DNA from: Desulfurococcales archaeon
Lineage (GTDB): Archaea > Thermoproteota > Thermoprotei_A > Sulfolobales > Desulfurococcaceae
Reading direction: 5' to 3'
DNA: 64,000 nt
Assembly: GCA_027022365.1 (NCBI GenBank)
Contig: JALVYU010000031.1
Location: 32,001-96,000 of the forward strand
Shown piece by piece: positions 40,494 through 49,550 of this stretch (position 1 is the first letter of the stretch; each line of letters starts with the position of its first letter). Below the pieces are notes generated by a model. The model saw only the letters and a program-made list of their open reading frames with translations. It did not search any database and was not told the DNA's origin. Made by a program: the position numbers and the translations under genes.

Positions 40494-41517
40494 GGTTTTG
40501 CTTTCTTGCTTTAACTATAACTATTTTTTCTCCTTTCTCGGCTTTTCTCTGGGGCGGTGGTAATATCGTTATTGCGGTTTTTGTTTTTACTGCGATGATC
40601 TTGTATGTGTGGTTCGGATCTTGCTTGTTTAGTTCATGTTCTATTTCTGCTAGGGTTTTCTCTGCCAGGTTCTCTGTTATTGTTTCTTCTATGAGGTCTG
40701 CTTGTCCTTGGCGTGTTGTTAGTTCTTTGATTACTTCTAGGACTGCGGGCTCGAACACTGAGCTTGCTATTGTTCTTCCTAGGAGGCGCGTTGATAGGGT
40801 GTAGTGTGCTCCTGCTTGCCTTAGTAGTTCTTCTGTCTCGGCGTTCTTTGCTATTGCTGAGATCCTTGTCTCGGGGTTTATTTTGCGTACTAGTAGTGTT
40901 AGGTGTATTGCTTGGCTGTCTTCACGGGTGCATATTATTACGTGTTGGGCGCCCCCTACTCCTGCTTTGCGGAGTGTTTCCTCGTCGGCTAGTTCTCCCA
41001 CCATGTAGTCTATCCCGGGGTCTCTCTTGGGCTGTGATGCCGTGATCCATCCCGTCTCCTTGTCTAGCTCGTTCAGACGTAGCTCGTCTATTATCTCGTA
41101 GCAGGACTCATCATCACCTATAACCAGGATCTTCTTTTTCTTCAAGGGTGCCAGCCCCAGTAGTTTCTTCATGCTTGCTTGTAGGAAGGCATCAGCTATA
41201 ACTGATACTGTGAGGGTGTAGGCCAGGATACCCATTACTGCGGTGAATCCCGCGACGAGCCATCCCGCCCCTCTCGTCGGGACTATGTCGCCGTAACCTA
41301 TTGTTGCCATAGTTATGATGCTCCAGTAGAGGCTGGCCCAGATGTCTATGTCTCTCCTCCCGGCGACGACGTGCTCGGAGTAATAGAATAGCAGTGCGCA
41401 CACTACCCACATGGTGAGGAAGAAGCCCGCTACAAAAAACAGCCTGGATCTCATGATCTTCTTTGCCCGTCTACGCATCAGCTTCCTCAGTAACCTATGG
41501 ATAATGCTTATCGCCAA
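40480..41517 (-). CDS. MthK-like potassium channel (pore + RCK/TrkA domains)
   Basis: TMATIGYGD selectivity filter, two TM helices, TrkA-N/TrkA-C region. Confidence 0.92.
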   Translation of the reverse strand: MAISIIHRLLRKLMRRRAKKIMRSRLFFVAGFFLTMWVVCALLFYYSEHVVAGRRDIDIWASLYWSIITMATIGYGDIVPTRGAGWLVAGFTAVMGILAYTLTVSVIADAFLQASMKKLLGLAPLKKKKILVIGDDESCYEIIDELRLNELDKETGWITASQPKRDPGIDYMVGELADEETLRKAGVGGAQHVIICTREDSQAIHLTLLVRKINPETRISAIAKNAETEELLRQAGAHYTLSTRLLGRTIASSVFEPAVLEVIKELTTRQGQADLIEETITENLAEKTLAEIEHELNKQDPNHTYKIIAVKTKTAITILPPPQRKAEKGEKIVIVKARKQNLMAE

Positions 41518-41680
41518 TTATCAGTCACCGTTCTAGCCTATTACCTGGGAGAAGGAGACAAGCCTTTCTATTCATGGTAAGGGTGTTGGGTGGCGTATTT
41601 CAACTTGTCGGATCAAATTTAATAACCCATAACGGATCATCATATTATTTGGATCAGAGTAGTCGGGTAGGTGGATAAGT

Positions 41681-41878
41681 ATGAGCAGCAAGAAAACAGC
41701 CAAGGAGATAATCCTTGAGGTACTCAAGAAGGAGAAAAGACCCCTCACCCCCAAGGAGATACAGAAGCTTACCGGGCTAAACTACAACACCATACGCGGC
41801 AGACTACAGGATCTCAAGAACGCAGGGCTAGTGGTGCGAACAGAGCAGGGCTGGATATACAAGGAGTACGCCAAGTAA
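41681..41878 (+). CDS. Small basic winged-helix DNA-binding protein
   Basis: ILEVLKKEKRPLTPKEIQKLTGLNYNTIRGRLQDLKNAGLV wHTH. Confidence 0.85.
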   Translation: MSSKKTAKEIILEVLKKEKRPLTPKEIQKLTGLNYNTIRGRLQDLKNAGLVVRTEQGWIYKEYAK

Positions 41879-41967
41879 ACACTAGCCGTTTGTTTTTACA
41901 AACAGGGCCCGTAGAGGCAATGGGGGTAAACCACATATCTTTTTCACCTAAAAACAATTGCTTTATG

Positions 41968-42330
41968 CTATCCTAGTACCAGAGAAGATAACGCAATAAT
42001 GGCTACAGTATAAGCGGTGCTCACAACAACGTCTATAACCAGGGTCTTCCTACTCGGAGGCTTAACGCTGAAATGCATCATGATCATCCCGAGGAAATTC
42101 GTGGCGAGATATGCTCCGCCGAAAAGCCATGGAAAACTAGTTGTTGGAAATAAGCGTGAGGCAATCCACGCGATCAAGTATGCGAGGGGGATATTGACAA
42201 ATGCATCATTCCACCACGAAGCCGGGCTCAAAATATAGCCTAGTACGAAGACAATTGAGCGGGCCACCCCACGGGGGGTTGTCAATACTGACAATATCCT
42301 TGAAAACCTTGTAGAACCGCGTAGAGCCAA
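41968..42330 (-). CDS. Small membrane protein
   Basis: GYILSPASWWNDAFVNIPLAY motif, about 4 hydrophobic segments. Confidence 0.7.
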   Translation of the reverse strand: MALRGSTRFSRILSVLTTPRGVARSIVFVLGYILSPASWWNDAFVNIPLAYLIAWIASRLFPTTSFPWLFGGAYLATNFLGMIMMHFSVKPPSRKTLVIDVVVSTAYTVAIIALSSLVLG

Positions 42331-42427
42331 GAAGTACTACACCGGCTAACCGTATCAACACGGTATTACCTTAAAAAGTATGGGGCCCAATAAATCCTCT
42401 AAGAAGGAACACAGCCAATATATTATC

Positions 42428-42491
42428 TGGTGGATGAGGGGGACGGCAGTCTCACTGAAGACCGTGATGATTTGGCCCCCTCCCCGACACC
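42428..42491 (+). ncRNA. Box C/D sRNA, probable double guide for 16S rRNA
   Basis: C TGGATGA 42431-42437, D' CTGA 42455-42458, C' GTGATGA 42464-42470, D CCGA 42484-42487, GGTG/CACC ends; guides CGGCAGTCTC and TGGCCCCCTCC complement adjacent crenarchaeal 16S motifs GGGACUGCCG and GGAGGGGGCCA (recalled). Confidence 0.78.
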
Positions 42492-42579
42492 GCTCTTCTG
42501 ATCGATAACGGTTCTGTTTAAATAGTAATACTAATAAGGGAGGAGGAGATCAACTTTTACATAGTCGATTAAAAGGTGT

Positions 42580-44154
42580 ATGGGAATGACAGAAGCAGTA
42601 GAGACGACGATGCGGTACAGGAACAAGTTCACATGGAAAGAAATAAGTGACCCCATCTACGGCTACGCCTACTTCAACAAGGAGATAGAGGAGGAGATAA
42701 TCAACAGCCTCCTCATACAGAGGCTACGCTATATCCTCCAGCTCCAAACAGCTCATCTAGTCTATCCAGGAGCAGTGCATACCAGGTTCCAGCACAGCAT
42801 AGGCACGATGCACCTGGCAGGCCTAATGGCCGAGGATACCATACTAAAGCTTAAGAGCTTCTACGACGACAACGTGTTCCAGGGCTACAAGCCGGAGACA
42901 CTGATACAGGCGGTTAGGCTGGCGGGCCTACTACACGATGCCGGGCACGCCGCGTTCGGCCACGCGTTCGAGGAATCCCTCCTGTGGACTAGGAACGATA
43001 TACCCGATCCCGTCGCCAACCATGAGAAGATAGGCTCTATGCTGGTCGAGATACTGTTGGAGGACAAGATAAGGAGCTACGAGGCACACTATGGGCTGGA
43101 CGGCCTATATGATGTGCTAAAAGCAATCCTGGGCCCCGAAACCCCTAAGGAGCCGATCCTACAGGTCATGAGGTGGCTCGTCAAGGACAGCCTCTATCCC
43201 AGCGACATACTGGACTTCCTCAGACGGGACAGCTACTACACTGGGACAAGCGAATACGGCTACATCAATCACGAGCGGCTCGTGAGGAACACATACCCCT
43301 ACTTCGAGGACGGGAAAGCACTACTGCTCCTAGACAGGAATAGCTGGGGGGAATTCAGGCGATACCTCTACGCAAAAGCCAGCATGTTCGAACACGTGTA
43401 CTATCACAGCGTAAACCGGGCGTTTGACCGACTCCTCAAAGAAATACTCGGGCTACTCGACGAGGAACTAGGCCTAGTAGATGCTGTGAAGAAGGTAGCG
43501 GAGCTAGACCCCTACCCATACCTCATGATAACAGATGTGAAACTATATAATGCAATGCTAGAGCACGCGGTCGCCAAGAAGGATAGGCTGGGGAGGCTAT
43601 GCCACAAACTCCTGGTTGAGCGTAAGCCCGAGTGGAAGCGTGTTGGGCGCGAATACATACTGACAAGCTACAAGGGACCACAAGTACTCAAGCCAATGCT
43701 CCGCCTAATCTTCGACCAGGAGGAGAGGAAGAGAATAGCGTCAATCCTCGAGGAAAGCCTCTACGAGAGACTATCACCGAAAGGCGTGTCGAGAAACGAT
43801 GTATGGGTGGATGTCCTAACCATAAGCCCCATACCCAAGAGCACACTCATACCTGGCAAGGAGACAAGGGGGCGGGGACTACTCACGCTCTTCATGGGTA
43901 AGAGGACGCGCCACGGAATAGTGAAGGATAGGGACATAAACCTTATCGAAGAAGGGATACCGTTAATGGTTATCTTCAGAGCCTACATCAGGAGAGGACT
44001 ACATAGGCCGGGATACGAAGGACTAGTCACCGAGATCCTCAAAGAAACAATCGAGGCAGAACTAGACATTAAGGACGAGTTCACGGAGACGGCGAGGAAA
44101 ATATACGAGACAATAAAGTCCGAGGAACTCGAAAAACAGAGAATAACAATGTAG
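42580..44154 (+). CDS. HD-domain phosphohydrolase (COG1078, dNTP triphosphohydrolase/SAMHD1-like)
   Basis: DPIYG, QRLRYILQL, YPGAVHTRFQHSIG, LLHDAGH..FGH, DILDFLRRDS, VYYH. Confidence 0.9.
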   Translation: MGMTEAVETTMRYRNKFTWKEISDPIYGYAYFNKEIEEEIINSLLIQRLRYILQLQTAHLVYPGAVHTRFQHSIGTMHLAGLMAEDTILKLKSFYDDNVFQGYKPETLIQAVRLAGLLHDAGHAAFGHAFEESLLWTRNDIPDPVANHEKIGSMLVEILLEDKIRSYEAHYGLDGLYDVLKAILGPETPKEPILQVMRWLVKDSLYPSDILDFLRRDSYYTGTSEYGYINHERLVRNTYPYFEDGKALLLLDRNSWGEFRRYLYAKASMFEHVYYHSVNRAFDRLLKEILGLLDEELGLVDAVKKVAELDPYPYLMITDVKLYNAMLEHAVAKKDRLGRLCHKLLVERKPEWKRVGREYILTSYKGPQVLKPMLRLIFDQEERKRIASILEESLYERLSPKGVSRNDVWVDVLTISPIPKSTLIPGKETRGRGLLTLFMGKRTRHGIVKDRDINLIEEGIPLMVIFRAYIRRGLHRPGYEGLVTEILKETIEAELDIKDEFTETARKIYETIKSEELEKQRITM

Positions 44155-44330
44155 ACACCGCTTCTCCCCGCCACATACATAGTCCTCTTTCCTTACACAG
44201 GCATCCCCTATCATGGCACCGTACACGGTTCTAGATCAGTATTTATGTTTACCCGGTACATACATTAGCTACATGGGAGGAAAACTCTCTGTAAATACCC
44301 GGCAATCCACGGCCTAGGGGATGAAAAGTC

Positions 44331-44873
44331 TTGGAGAATGTTCCCTCGTGGTGGTACAAGCTCTTGCATCCTAGGCCCGTCTATATTATTGCCGCCGCAC
44401 ACGGGGATAAGCGATCCGTCATGGCGGCCTCATGGGTTATGCCTGTCTCCGAGGAGCCGCCGAGGCTGGCTCTAGCTATAGACACGGAGTCCTACACGTA
44501 TGGTTTGATCAGGGAGAGCAGGTATTTCAGCGTAAACATATTGTTTGCCGACGCGCTCGACATGATATGGCGGGCGGGAACAATATCAGGACATGATGTC
44601 GAGGATAAACCCAGCGCTGTAGGCCTCGATCTCATCATGAGTGATTATGCCCCAATAGTAAGAGGGGCTGCAGCCGCAATAGTATCGAGGGTCTGGAAGA
44701 CAATAAGTCTTGGTGACACGGACCTAGTCATAGGAGATGTTCTAAAAGCGGAGCTTTTCAGGGAAGACGTGTTCGATAAACGATATGGTTGGAGGCCCGG
44801 CAAAGCAACTATACCGATGCATTTAGCGGCGAAAGGATTCGTGCTACCCGGTAAACTAGTCATAGCGAAGTAG
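44331..44873 (+). CDS. Flavin reductase family protein
   Basis: PRPVYII, MAASW..PVS.EPP, FSVNIL, G..SG...DK, GD..LVIGDV. Confidence 0.88.
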   Translation: MENVPSWWYKLLHPRPVYIIAAAHGDKRSVMAASWVMPVSEEPPRLALAIDTESYTYGLIRESRYFSVNILFADALDMIWRAGTISGHDVEDKPSAVGLDLIMSDYAPIVRGAAAAIVSRVWKTISLGDTDLVIGDVLKAELFREDVFDKRYGWRPGKATIPMHLAAKGFVLPGKLVIAK

Positions 44874-45123
44874 AGCCTCTGGCCGGGACTACGAGTTCGC
44901 CCCTAACAACAACCTTACCCATCAACGATAAAAGACCCAGAGCAGCATCAACCTCGGGGCTACGGGGATACTCGCCGAGCCATACCCATGAATGACGGGG
45001 CAACACCCCTTTTTTCTCCAGCTCATAGACCTTTCTATGGAGGCTCCAAATATTTGCCGGTGCGCAATCACTGATAAGCCTCAATATATATGCAAGCCAT
45101 TCGTCGTCAAAAACCTCCACCAC
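44860..45123 (-). CDS. Small winged-helix-like hypothetical protein
   Basis: GGGGTGGTGA SD; LHRKVYEL...W...YPRSPEVDAAL..L...G pattern. Confidence 0.6.
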   Translation of the reverse strand: MVEVFDDEWLAYILRLISDCAPANIWSLHRKVYELEKKGVLPRHSWVWLGEYPRSPEVDAALGLLSLMGKVVVRGELVVPARGSTSL

Positions 45124-45244
45124 AGTTCACCACCCCACATATTTATTGAAAATAGGGATTTAAGCCGCACCCCCGATCCTGTGGAGGACCATTTATTATT
45201 AGTCTCGCCCATACATGAAATGGGCAGTGGAGTAGAGGGTGCGG

Positions 45245-45493
45245 ATGAAATTGAAGATCTTTGTAAGCCTAAAGCATAAGCCGGAAGAATATATTGTCAA
45301 GCTGAGGATATACGACGATCAGGGCAAACTAGTGAATTCCAGAGAGTATGAAGGCGTGAAACAGCTCGTCATAAGGGCCCGGGAGACAAGGATATCCAGA
45401 CAACTAGCCCCCGAACCATATACTTTGGTCATAGATGTTGAGGAGCCGAGGATAGAGCTGAAGGAAAACACCCTCCTATATATAGAGGGATGA
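45245..45493 (+). CDS. Hypothetical protein
   Basis: Beta-rich ~82-aa ORF, ATGA-coupled to the next gene. Confidence 0.65.
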   Translation: MKLKIFVSLKHKPEEYIVKLRIYDDQGKLVNSREYEGVKQLVIRARETRISRQLAPEPYTLVIDVEEPRIELKENTLLYIEG

Positions 45494-45933
45494 GCTTGCC
45501 AGAGATCATAAGCGGCCTCAGGATAGAGTCCTCGAAGAGCAGGACAGGCAAGCATGTCCTCAAAAGCACAGTCCTAATCTACAAGAAGGACAAGGGGTTA
45601 CTAAGCATCAATAAGCACCAGGAAGCAGTCGTTGGCGAGGAACAGGTGAAACCAACATATAGGAGGGGCTGGTCAAAGAAAATAGATGTAAAGCTAGATC
45701 ACGGCGACTACTTAATCCATATCTGGTTCGTCAAAAACCTATGGGGGAAGGTCAAGGGATACATATCAATATACAACCACAGAGGAGAACTCGTATACCG
45801 CGCAAAATACGTTGACGGCGACCTAAGGAGGAGTACAGGAGACCCCATATATGCATGGCTAGTAAGACTCGTCGCCCAACAGCTCAAAATCCCGGTTAAA
45901 AGGACAAGGCTAGGGGATGAGAAGAATGAGTGA
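45490..45933 (+). CDS. Hypothetical basic protein
   Basis: 147-aa ORF with SKSRTGKH motif, in a coupled operon. Confidence 0.7.
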   Translation: MSLPEIISGLRIESSKSRTGKHVLKSTVLIYKKDKGLLSINKHQEAVVGEEQVKPTYRRGWSKKIDVKLDHGDYLIHIWFVKNLWGKVKGYISIYNHRGELVYRAKYVDGDLRRSTGDPIYAWLVRLVAQQLKIPVKRTRLGDEKNE

Positions 45934-46351
45934 GGAGGAAAAGATCACGGAGTACATAGAGAGAATGATCAAGGCCCTGAAGCACTTCGATTGTTACGTG
46001 TTCGAGAAAGAAGACCTTGAAATAGTGAGCAAGATAGCCGAGCTCGCCGGGATAAGGAGGATGGTCACTATCAGGAGAGCCGATCCGAGATACGAGTACA
46101 TATATGTCCTTGCTCCGCGGAACATAGACCTAGAGGACGAATGCAGGTTAAAGGCACGGCAATTGCTGGCTGAAGGCAAGATAGACAGGCTCCAGTACAA
46201 GAAGTACTTCGATTACTTCGTAGTACAGTGCATAAGACATAAAGAGAGGGAACGTGTAAAGGAAATAATATCAAGACTGGAGCATTACATACGTGGTGTA
46301 AAGGGTGGAGCACCGTCCAGAATTGAAAGAATTTCCTTCGGCTTTACGTAA
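45926..46351 (+). CDS. Hypothetical protein
   Basis: ~141-aa helical ORF overlapping both neighbours. Confidence 0.7.
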   Translation: MSEEEKITEYIERMIKALKHFDCYVFEKEDLEIVSKIAELAGIRRMVTIRRADPRYEYIYVLAPRNIDLEDECRLKARQLLAEGKIDRLQYKKYFDYFVVQCIRHKERERVKEIISRLEHYIRGVKGGAPSRIERISFGFT

Positions 46352-47135
46352 GGTATTCATGCTCGGATACATCATCAGAATAATACCTCTCGTACAATTC
46401 ATTGGTGCCTTCCTGACAGGGATGTCATGGTATCTCCTAGGGAAGAAATGGGGAAAGAACAAGGCGTACATTGTAGCAGCGGTGGGCAGCTTCATAGTAT
46501 TCGCAGGCTTCATACTCTCTATAGTCCAGGGCTTGATATCGCCTAAAATAGTTGCTCCCTGGCAAGAGCTCTTAGCAAACACCACCAGTCCAAGTATGAA
46601 TGCAACGCTCAGTGGATCTGCCCTAGCCTCCTATCTCGAGAAAATAGCCGAGCAGGATGGCTCTCCCCTTAATTATCTCTCGCCACTACTTATAGCCGTG
46701 GGGTTATTCATAGAATCAATAGGGTTCAAGAGGCTCAGCATAGACACTGATCAGGCGATGCCGAGATATCTCTACATGCTGTTCATAGTGCTGGGGATTT
46801 TCAGTATACTCCAGCTACCCGCGATATGGTTTACCGTTGCCAGCTTGAAACATTACGCGGCTATATTTAGTACAAAGACTTCTATCACGTTGAAGGAAAT
46901 ATTCACAACGCTCATAACTATCTCGGCGCCTTTAACGATTGTCGGACTACTAGTATTTGTGATGGGGCTGATCATATACATTATAGCGGTCTATAAGTTC
47001 TATAAACTCGGCAAGATAATCGAGGAGGAGATAATCCTGGAAGAAGCACAGGAGGTTAAAGGAACAGGTACTGAGGGAGAAGAAAAGGAGCTAGATATAG
47101 AGTTCGAGGAGGAAAACGGGGAAGAAGAAATATAG
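46305..47135 (+). CDS. Multi-pass membrane protein with acidic C-terminal tail
   Basis: About 5 hydrophobic segments; Glu-rich tail EEEIILEEAQE...EEENGEEEI. Confidence 0.7.
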   Translation: MEHRPELKEFPSALRKVFMLGYIIRIIPLVQFIGAFLTGMSWYLLGKKWGKNKAYIVAAVGSFIVFAGFILSIVQGLISPKIVAPWQELLANTTSPSMNATLSGSALASYLEKIAEQDGSPLNYLSPLLIAVGLFIESIGFKRLSIDTDQAMPRYLYMLFIVLGIFSILQLPAIWFTVASLKHYAAIFSTKTSITLKEIFTTLITISAPLTIVGLLVFVMGLIIYIIAVYKFYKLGKIIEEEIILEEAQEVKGTGTEGEEKELDIEFEEENGEEEI

Positions 47136-47542
47136 CCTGTATTAAAACGGCAAGCATATGAGAACAAAACATGATATCTGCGTCCATTGACAACTACGGA
47201 TATATAACCGATGCCGGGATCACAGGTCTTGTTTAAGGGTACATAAATAACCATAGACTCCCCGGAGAGAAGGGTCTTATTCACATACACCCTATTCTCC
47301 TTATTCTCCCCGGTCTCGACAAACTCGATCAAGATTGTTCTATTCATAAGATTAGTTATGTTTAAGACAAGACCACGACCGTTATGATTTGCCGAGACAT
47401 ACACATCAGGAAATACTACGGGAGTAATTACACCGCCCGGCACAGGATGGATGATCCCCGGGAGGTTAACGGCTAGAAAGAAGAATAATGCCATTACAGA
47501 GAGGATAACATAAGGTTTAGCTAGTACATCCTTGCCGGCCAA
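47000..47542 (-). CDS. Membrane-anchored hypothetical protein (3' end uncertain)
   Basis: Signal anchor plus Ig-like body (LVLNITN, TLLSGESMVIYV); last ~45 codons overlap the opposite gene. Confidence 0.55.
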   Translation of the reverse strand: MAGKDVLAKPYVILSVMALFFFLAVNLPGIIHPVPGGVITPVVFPDVYVSANHNGRGLVLNITNLMNRTILIEFVETGENKENRVYVNKTLLSGESMVIYVPLNKTCDPGIGYISVVVNGRRYHVLFSYACRFNTGYISSSPFSSSNSISSSFSSPSVPVPLTSCASSRIISSSIILPSL

Positions 47543-47570
47543 TCCATGACCCCATAACTATAGGGGAGGT

Positions 47571-48221
47571 TTAAAACATGTGGAATGCCCCAATATAGAG
47601 GATTATGCCCGCTGCAACTATCATTATGATCCAAATAAGGGGTTTCCACGCTATTATTTTGCTGCCATCTAGAGGCGGTATCGGGAGTAGATTGAATATC
47701 GCTACCCAGCCATTGATCTGGGTATTAACTACCAAGAACCACGCAAGCACGATTATCCAGTAGGATAGGCCATCCATATGGATAAGCCATGGTATTAGGA
47801 AATGATAAGCCAAAATACTGGCAACACCGAGAACAATATTGACTAGAGGACCCGCATAGCTCACTATACCGTTAACTCTCTTATTTATAACGGGGTCATA
47901 GTACGGGCTCGAGACAACAACGTAGCCTGGCATGAGAAATCTTATGGGTAGGTATGGTATGGCTGAAACAAGCGTTATCAATAGACCAACGGGTGACAAG
48001 ATATATCTTGCATAGCATCCCAGCCGTACAGCGCTATACTTATGTGCCAGCTCATGGGGGATACTAGCAAGGAAAGCGGCGATCCCAACTATAGCGAATA
48101 CCTCAATCTCACCTCGTATGAGATACGATGATCCAAATGCAAGCATAATGGCCGCCCCACCTATAAGGAGGCTTACTGGCTCGCTGATCTTGAATACATC
48201 CAATGCCCACACCTTTCCCAA
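47571..48221 (-). CDS. Site-2 protease (peptidase M50)
   Basis: HELAH, AGPLVN, FNLLPIPPLDG. Confidence 0.92.
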   Translation of the reverse strand: MGKVWALDVFKISEPVSLLIGGAAIMLAFGSSYLIRGEIEVFAIVGIAAFLASIPHELAHKYSAVRLGCYARYILSPVGLLITLVSAIPYLPIRFLMPGYVVVSSPYYDPVINKRVNGIVSYAGPLVNIVLGVASILAYHFLIPWLIHMDGLSYWIIVLAWFLVVNTQINGWVAIFNLLPIPPLDGSKIIAWKPLIWIIMIVAAGIILYIGAFHMF

Positions 48222-48293
48222 ACAATATTATATTCTCTATAAAGCATAGATTCAAGACAAGAATAGGGCTTCAAGCCCTAAATTAATTGTTGG

Positions 48294-48857
48294 GTGCAGG
48301 GATTGCTTGGCCCTGATGACCGGTGTATGATGATCGCGAGGTTCCAGCCACTACACTACGGTCACTTCAACGCGATCAAGTACTGCTACAAGCGCTTCGA
48401 AGAAGTAATAGTAGTCATAGGTATGGCGAGCCAGAGCCATACACCGGAAAACCCGTTCACTGCTGGCGAGAGATTATTGATGATCAGGGAGACGCTTAGA
48501 TGGGCTGGCCTACCACTGGACAAGCTTGTCACAGTAACACTGCCTACCATGGAGGTCAGCAAAGTAGCTGTCCACTACGTCAAATTATATTCTCCGCCAT
48601 TCACACACGTCATAACACTGAACCCGATTATCCAGAGAATATTCATGGAGGAAGGATATAACGTAATAACACCCGAGGTACTTCAAAGAGACAACTATAG
48701 GGGCTCCGTTGTTAGGAGGCTCATGGCCGAAGGAAACGATGATTGGAGAAAACTGGTTCCTCCACCTGTCGAGAAGATTATCGATGAGATAGACGGTGTA
48801 CGGAGAGTACAGATGCTGTACCGCGAGAAGATACCGGGATACTATGTGACGGCCTAA
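48294..48857 (+). CDS. nadM: Nicotinamide-nucleotide adenylyltransferase
   Basis: RFQPLHYGH, SHTPENPFTAGER, W..LVP. Confidence 0.9.
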   Translation: MQGLLGPDDRCMMIARFQPLHYGHFNAIKYCYKRFEEVIVVIGMASQSHTPENPFTAGERLLMIRETLRWAGLPLDKLVTVTLPTMEVSKVAVHYVKLYSPPFTHVITLNPIIQRIFMEEGYNVITPEVLQRDNYRGSVVRRLMAEGNDDWRKLVPPPVEKIIDEIDGVRRVQMLYREKIPGYYVTA

Positions 48858-48880
48858 ACATTGATCCGGTAGGCGGTAGC

Positions 48881-49543
48881 GTGTTGAAGACGTTCCAGTG
48901 CACGCTGTGTGGTCTGTGCTGCAGGTCATCGCCCATATCGATCCTCCCACACGAAGACTATATTCTCCGTATTCTTGCCAGACATCTAGGCGTAAAGTAC
49001 AGGTCAAGGCCTGGATACAGGGTCTTCGATAAGAGGACAGGCAGAGATATAGCGTTGTCTTATGTGATGGAGCTCGTTGATGGGAGGTGCCCCTTCCTAC
49101 GGCAAGACGATCTCTGTATGATCCAGGACGTATATAAGCCGCTGATCTGTCGGAGCTTCCCCTACGTACCAAAACAAGTAAGGTATATCATCAGCAATGA
49201 GCTGAAACTAGTATTCACCAAGGTAGAATACGGCATCAGCAGTGCCTGCCCAGTTATCAGGCAGGACAAGGATATAATAATGGGGCTCATGGCCGCCACG
49301 CCGTTGTGGCATAGACTCTATTTTCCACGAGAATATGTAGCGGCTATGGAGATGGAGGAAAAGAGGACATTAATGCTTCGATTGCTATCGAAGCTATGGT
49401 CGTCAGGAATAGTTGAAATCGACTCCGATCATGGAGGAAAACATAACATTATCAATTTATATGAGCTCCTCAGAACATATTTCCCGAACCTACCATATAT
49501 TATGGGGCTGGGTGAAACCATAAATAAGATCAGGGGAAGGTGA
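48881..49543 (+). CDS. YkgJ family cysteine-cluster (CxxCxxCC) protein
   Basis: FQCTLCGLCC, CPFL, C.I...KPLICRSFP, CP. Confidence 0.88.
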   Translation: MLKTFQCTLCGLCCRSSPISILPHEDYILRILARHLGVKYRSRPGYRVFDKRTGRDIALSYVMELVDGRCPFLRQDDLCMIQDVYKPLICRSFPYVPKQVRYIISNELKLVFTKVEYGISSACPVIRQDKDIIMGLMAATPLWHRLYFPREYVAAMEMEEKRTLMLRLLSKLWSSGIVEIDSDHGGKHNIINLYELLRTYFPNLPYIMGLGETINKIRGR

Positions 49544-49550
49544 GTATGGA

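Noticed and set aside
40480-41517. K+ channel as a component of the pilus system
   Set aside because: Convergent orientation and a common stand-alone gene; adjacency is the only link
799-41633. Identical 11-mer TAACCCATAAC upstream of ssb (799-809) and of the small wHTH gene (41623-41633)
   Set aside because: A few shared 11-mers are expected by chance in AT-rich intergenic DNA, and their positions relative to the starts differ
44062-44214. 50-aa Cys-rich minus-strand ORF (MIGDACVRKEDYVCGGEKRCLHC...)
   Set aside because: More than half overlaps the HD gene antisense and there is no clear SD; probably spurious
45165-45244. CCGCACCC...GGGTGCGG inverted repeat with an inner GCCCAT/ATGGGC hairpin, possibly sequestering the SD
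   Set aside because: The likely TATA (45191-45200) lies between the arms, so the left arm is probably not transcribed; no other support
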